Source of the DNA: Azolla caroliniana
Lineage: Eukaryota > Plantae > Polypodiophyta
Direction: 5' to 3'
NCBI GenBank assembly: GCA_043228905.1
Contig: JBHGNT010000196.1
Span: forward strand, 1 to 55,251
Length of the DNA stretch: 55,251 nucleotides
The position numbers and the translations under genes were made by a program. Every line of letters starts with the position of its first letter. Within the stretch, counting starts at the first letter, position 1. Under the pieces are notes generated by a model. It did no database searches. It was not told the DNA's origin and saw only the letters and a program-made list of their open reading frames with translations. Positions 53,431 to 55,251 of this stretch are shown piece after piece.

Positions 53431-55251
53431 ACTCGTGAAATTTGGCAATTTCATCATGTCTCTCGACTGGAGTTTCAAAATCTTGATTTTGTAATTCCAT
53501 ATCATAGCTAGCGTTGTTAGCTTCGATTCGAATGTTTGAACACAAAAATCCAATATCACACGAACCAGGTATGAACATTATAATTTACCTACTAGCTCTT
53601 GTCAACTCCCTCCTGAAATTTGGAAATTTCGTCATGTCTCTCGACCTGAGTTTCAAAATCTTGATTTTTTAATTCCATATCATAGCTAGCGTTGTTAGCT
53701 TCGATTCGCATGTTTGTACACAAAAATCCGATATCACACTCGCTAGGTATGACCATTTTAATTTACTCAAGGGCTCCTCTCAACTCCCTCCTCAAATTTG
53801 GTAATTTCGTCATGTCTCTCGACCTGGGTTTCAAAATCTTGATTTTTTAATTCCATATCATAGCTAGCGTTGTTAGCTTCGATTCGCATGTTTGTACACA
53901 AAAATCCGATATCACACGAGCCAGGTATGAACATTTTAATTTACTCAAGGGCTCCTCTCAACTCACTCCTCAAATTTGCTAATTTCGTCATGTGTCTCGA
54001 CCTGAGTTTCAAAATCTTGATTTTTTAATTCCATATCATAGCTAGCGTTGTTAGCTTAGATTCGCATGTTTGTACACAAAAATCCGATATCACACTCGCT
54101 AGGTATGACCATTTTAATTTACTCAAGGGCTCCTCTCAACTCACTCCTCAAATTTGCTAATTTCGTCATGACTCTCGACCTGAGTTTCGAAATCTTGCTT
54201 TTTTAATTCTATATCATAGCTAGCGTTGTTAGGTTTGATTCGCATGTTTGAACACAAAAATCCGATATCACACTCGCTAGGTATGAACATTGTAATTTAC
54301 CTACTAGCTCTTCTCAACTCCCTCCTCAAATTTGGTAATTTCGTCATGTCTCTCGACCTGAGTTTCAAAATCTTGATTTTTTAATTCCATATCATTGCTA
54401 GCGTTGTTAGCTTCGATTCGCATGTTTGAACACAAAAATCCGATATAACACGAGCTAGGTATGAACATTATAATTTACCTACTAGCTCTTGTCAACTCCC
54501 TCCTGAAATTTGGAAATTTCGTCATGTCTCTCGACCTGAGTTTCAAAATCTTGATTTTTTAATTCCATATCATAGCTAACATTGTTAGCTTCGATTCGCA
54601 TGTTTGAACACAAAAATCCGATATCACACTAGCTAGGTATGACCATTTTAATTTACTCAAGGGCTCCTCTCAACTCACACCTCAAATTTGCTAATTTCGT
54701 CATGTCTCTCGACCTGAGTTTCAAAATCTTGTTTTGTTAATTCCATATCATAGCTAGCGTTGTTAGCTTCGATTCTCATGTTTGAACACAAAAATCCGAT
54801 ATCACACGAGCCAGGTATGAACATTTTAATTCACTCACACGCTCTTCCAACCTCACTCCTCAAATTTGGTAATTTCTTCATGTCTCGCGACCTGAGTTTC
54901 AAAATCTTGATTTTGTAATTCCATATCATAGCTAACGTTGTTAGCTTCGAATCGCATGTTTGAACACAAAAATCCGATATCACACTCGCTAGGTATGAAC
55001 ATTTTAATTTACTCAAGGGCCCCTCTCAACTCCCTCCTGAAATTTGGTAATTTTGTCATGTCTCTCGACCTGAGTTTCAAAATCTTGATTTTTTAATTCC
55101 AAATCACATCTAGCGTTGTTAGCTTCGATATGTTTGAACACAAAAATCCGATATCACACGAGCTAGGTATGAACATTTTTATTTACTTAAGGGCTCCTCT
55201 CAACTCCCTCGTCAAGGTTGCTAATTTCGTCATGTCTCTCGACCTGAGTTT
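53430..55251. repeat. Resumption of the 21-mer HOR sequence after the trimer expansion
   Basis: ORF 54831 is identical to ORF 49673 and the 4-bp deletion recurs at 55129 versus 49971; offset 5158 = 29 x 178 - 4. Confidence 0.88.

Larger units (their letters stand above)
2905..55251. repeat. Telomere-adjacent tandem satellite DNA, 178-bp monomer, 294 full copies plus a partial copy, single orientation
   Basis: Motif CGCATGTTTG(A/T)ACACAAAAATCCGATATCAC recurs at 2905, 3083 and onward (period 178). Register check: ATG at 2908 to ATG at 55130 is 52222 bp; adding the 110 bp of observed deletions gives 52332 = 294 x 178. Confidence 0.99.

Noticed and set aside
5275-55016. About 40 short ORFs (MLASI..., MSKLK..., MFEHK... 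families)
   Set aside because: All are 61-104 aa translations of the satellite. They appear wherever a SNP removes a stop codon, occur on both strands, often start at non-ATG codons, and 178 is not a multiple of 3. No recognisable domain.
2905-55251. CRISPR-like or diversity-generating cassette array (constant flanks with a variable middle)
   Set aside because: The variable parts are a few related alleles, not unique spacers. There are no cas or reverse transcriptase genes, and the context is a eukaryotic telomere.

Overview
Left end of a eukaryotic, most likely plant, chromosome. Bases 1-2905 are an Arabidopsis-type telomere, (CCCTAAA)n on the + strand, with about 414 units. It is fused with no transition zone to a head-to-tail 178-bp satellite (about 38% GC) that fills the rest of the window: 294 complete monomers plus one partial. 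I found no genes, RNA genes, transposons or CRISPR arrays, and all listed ORFs are chance frames of the satellite. The interest is structural. (i) The abrupt telomere/satellite junction looks like telomere healing of a break inside the array. (ii) There are three to four monomer subfamilies. (iii) Tandem duplications and higher-order repeats (HORs) of 2, 3, 5, 6, 7/8, 8, 10, 11 and 21 monomers are nested, patchy distally and regular proximally. (iv) In-register copies of blocks lie 9-19 kb apart. (v) Only six distinct length-changing events are visible, all net deletions, two with end-joining repair signatures. I do not recognise the satellite family or species, and I see no evidence of a protein-coding system.
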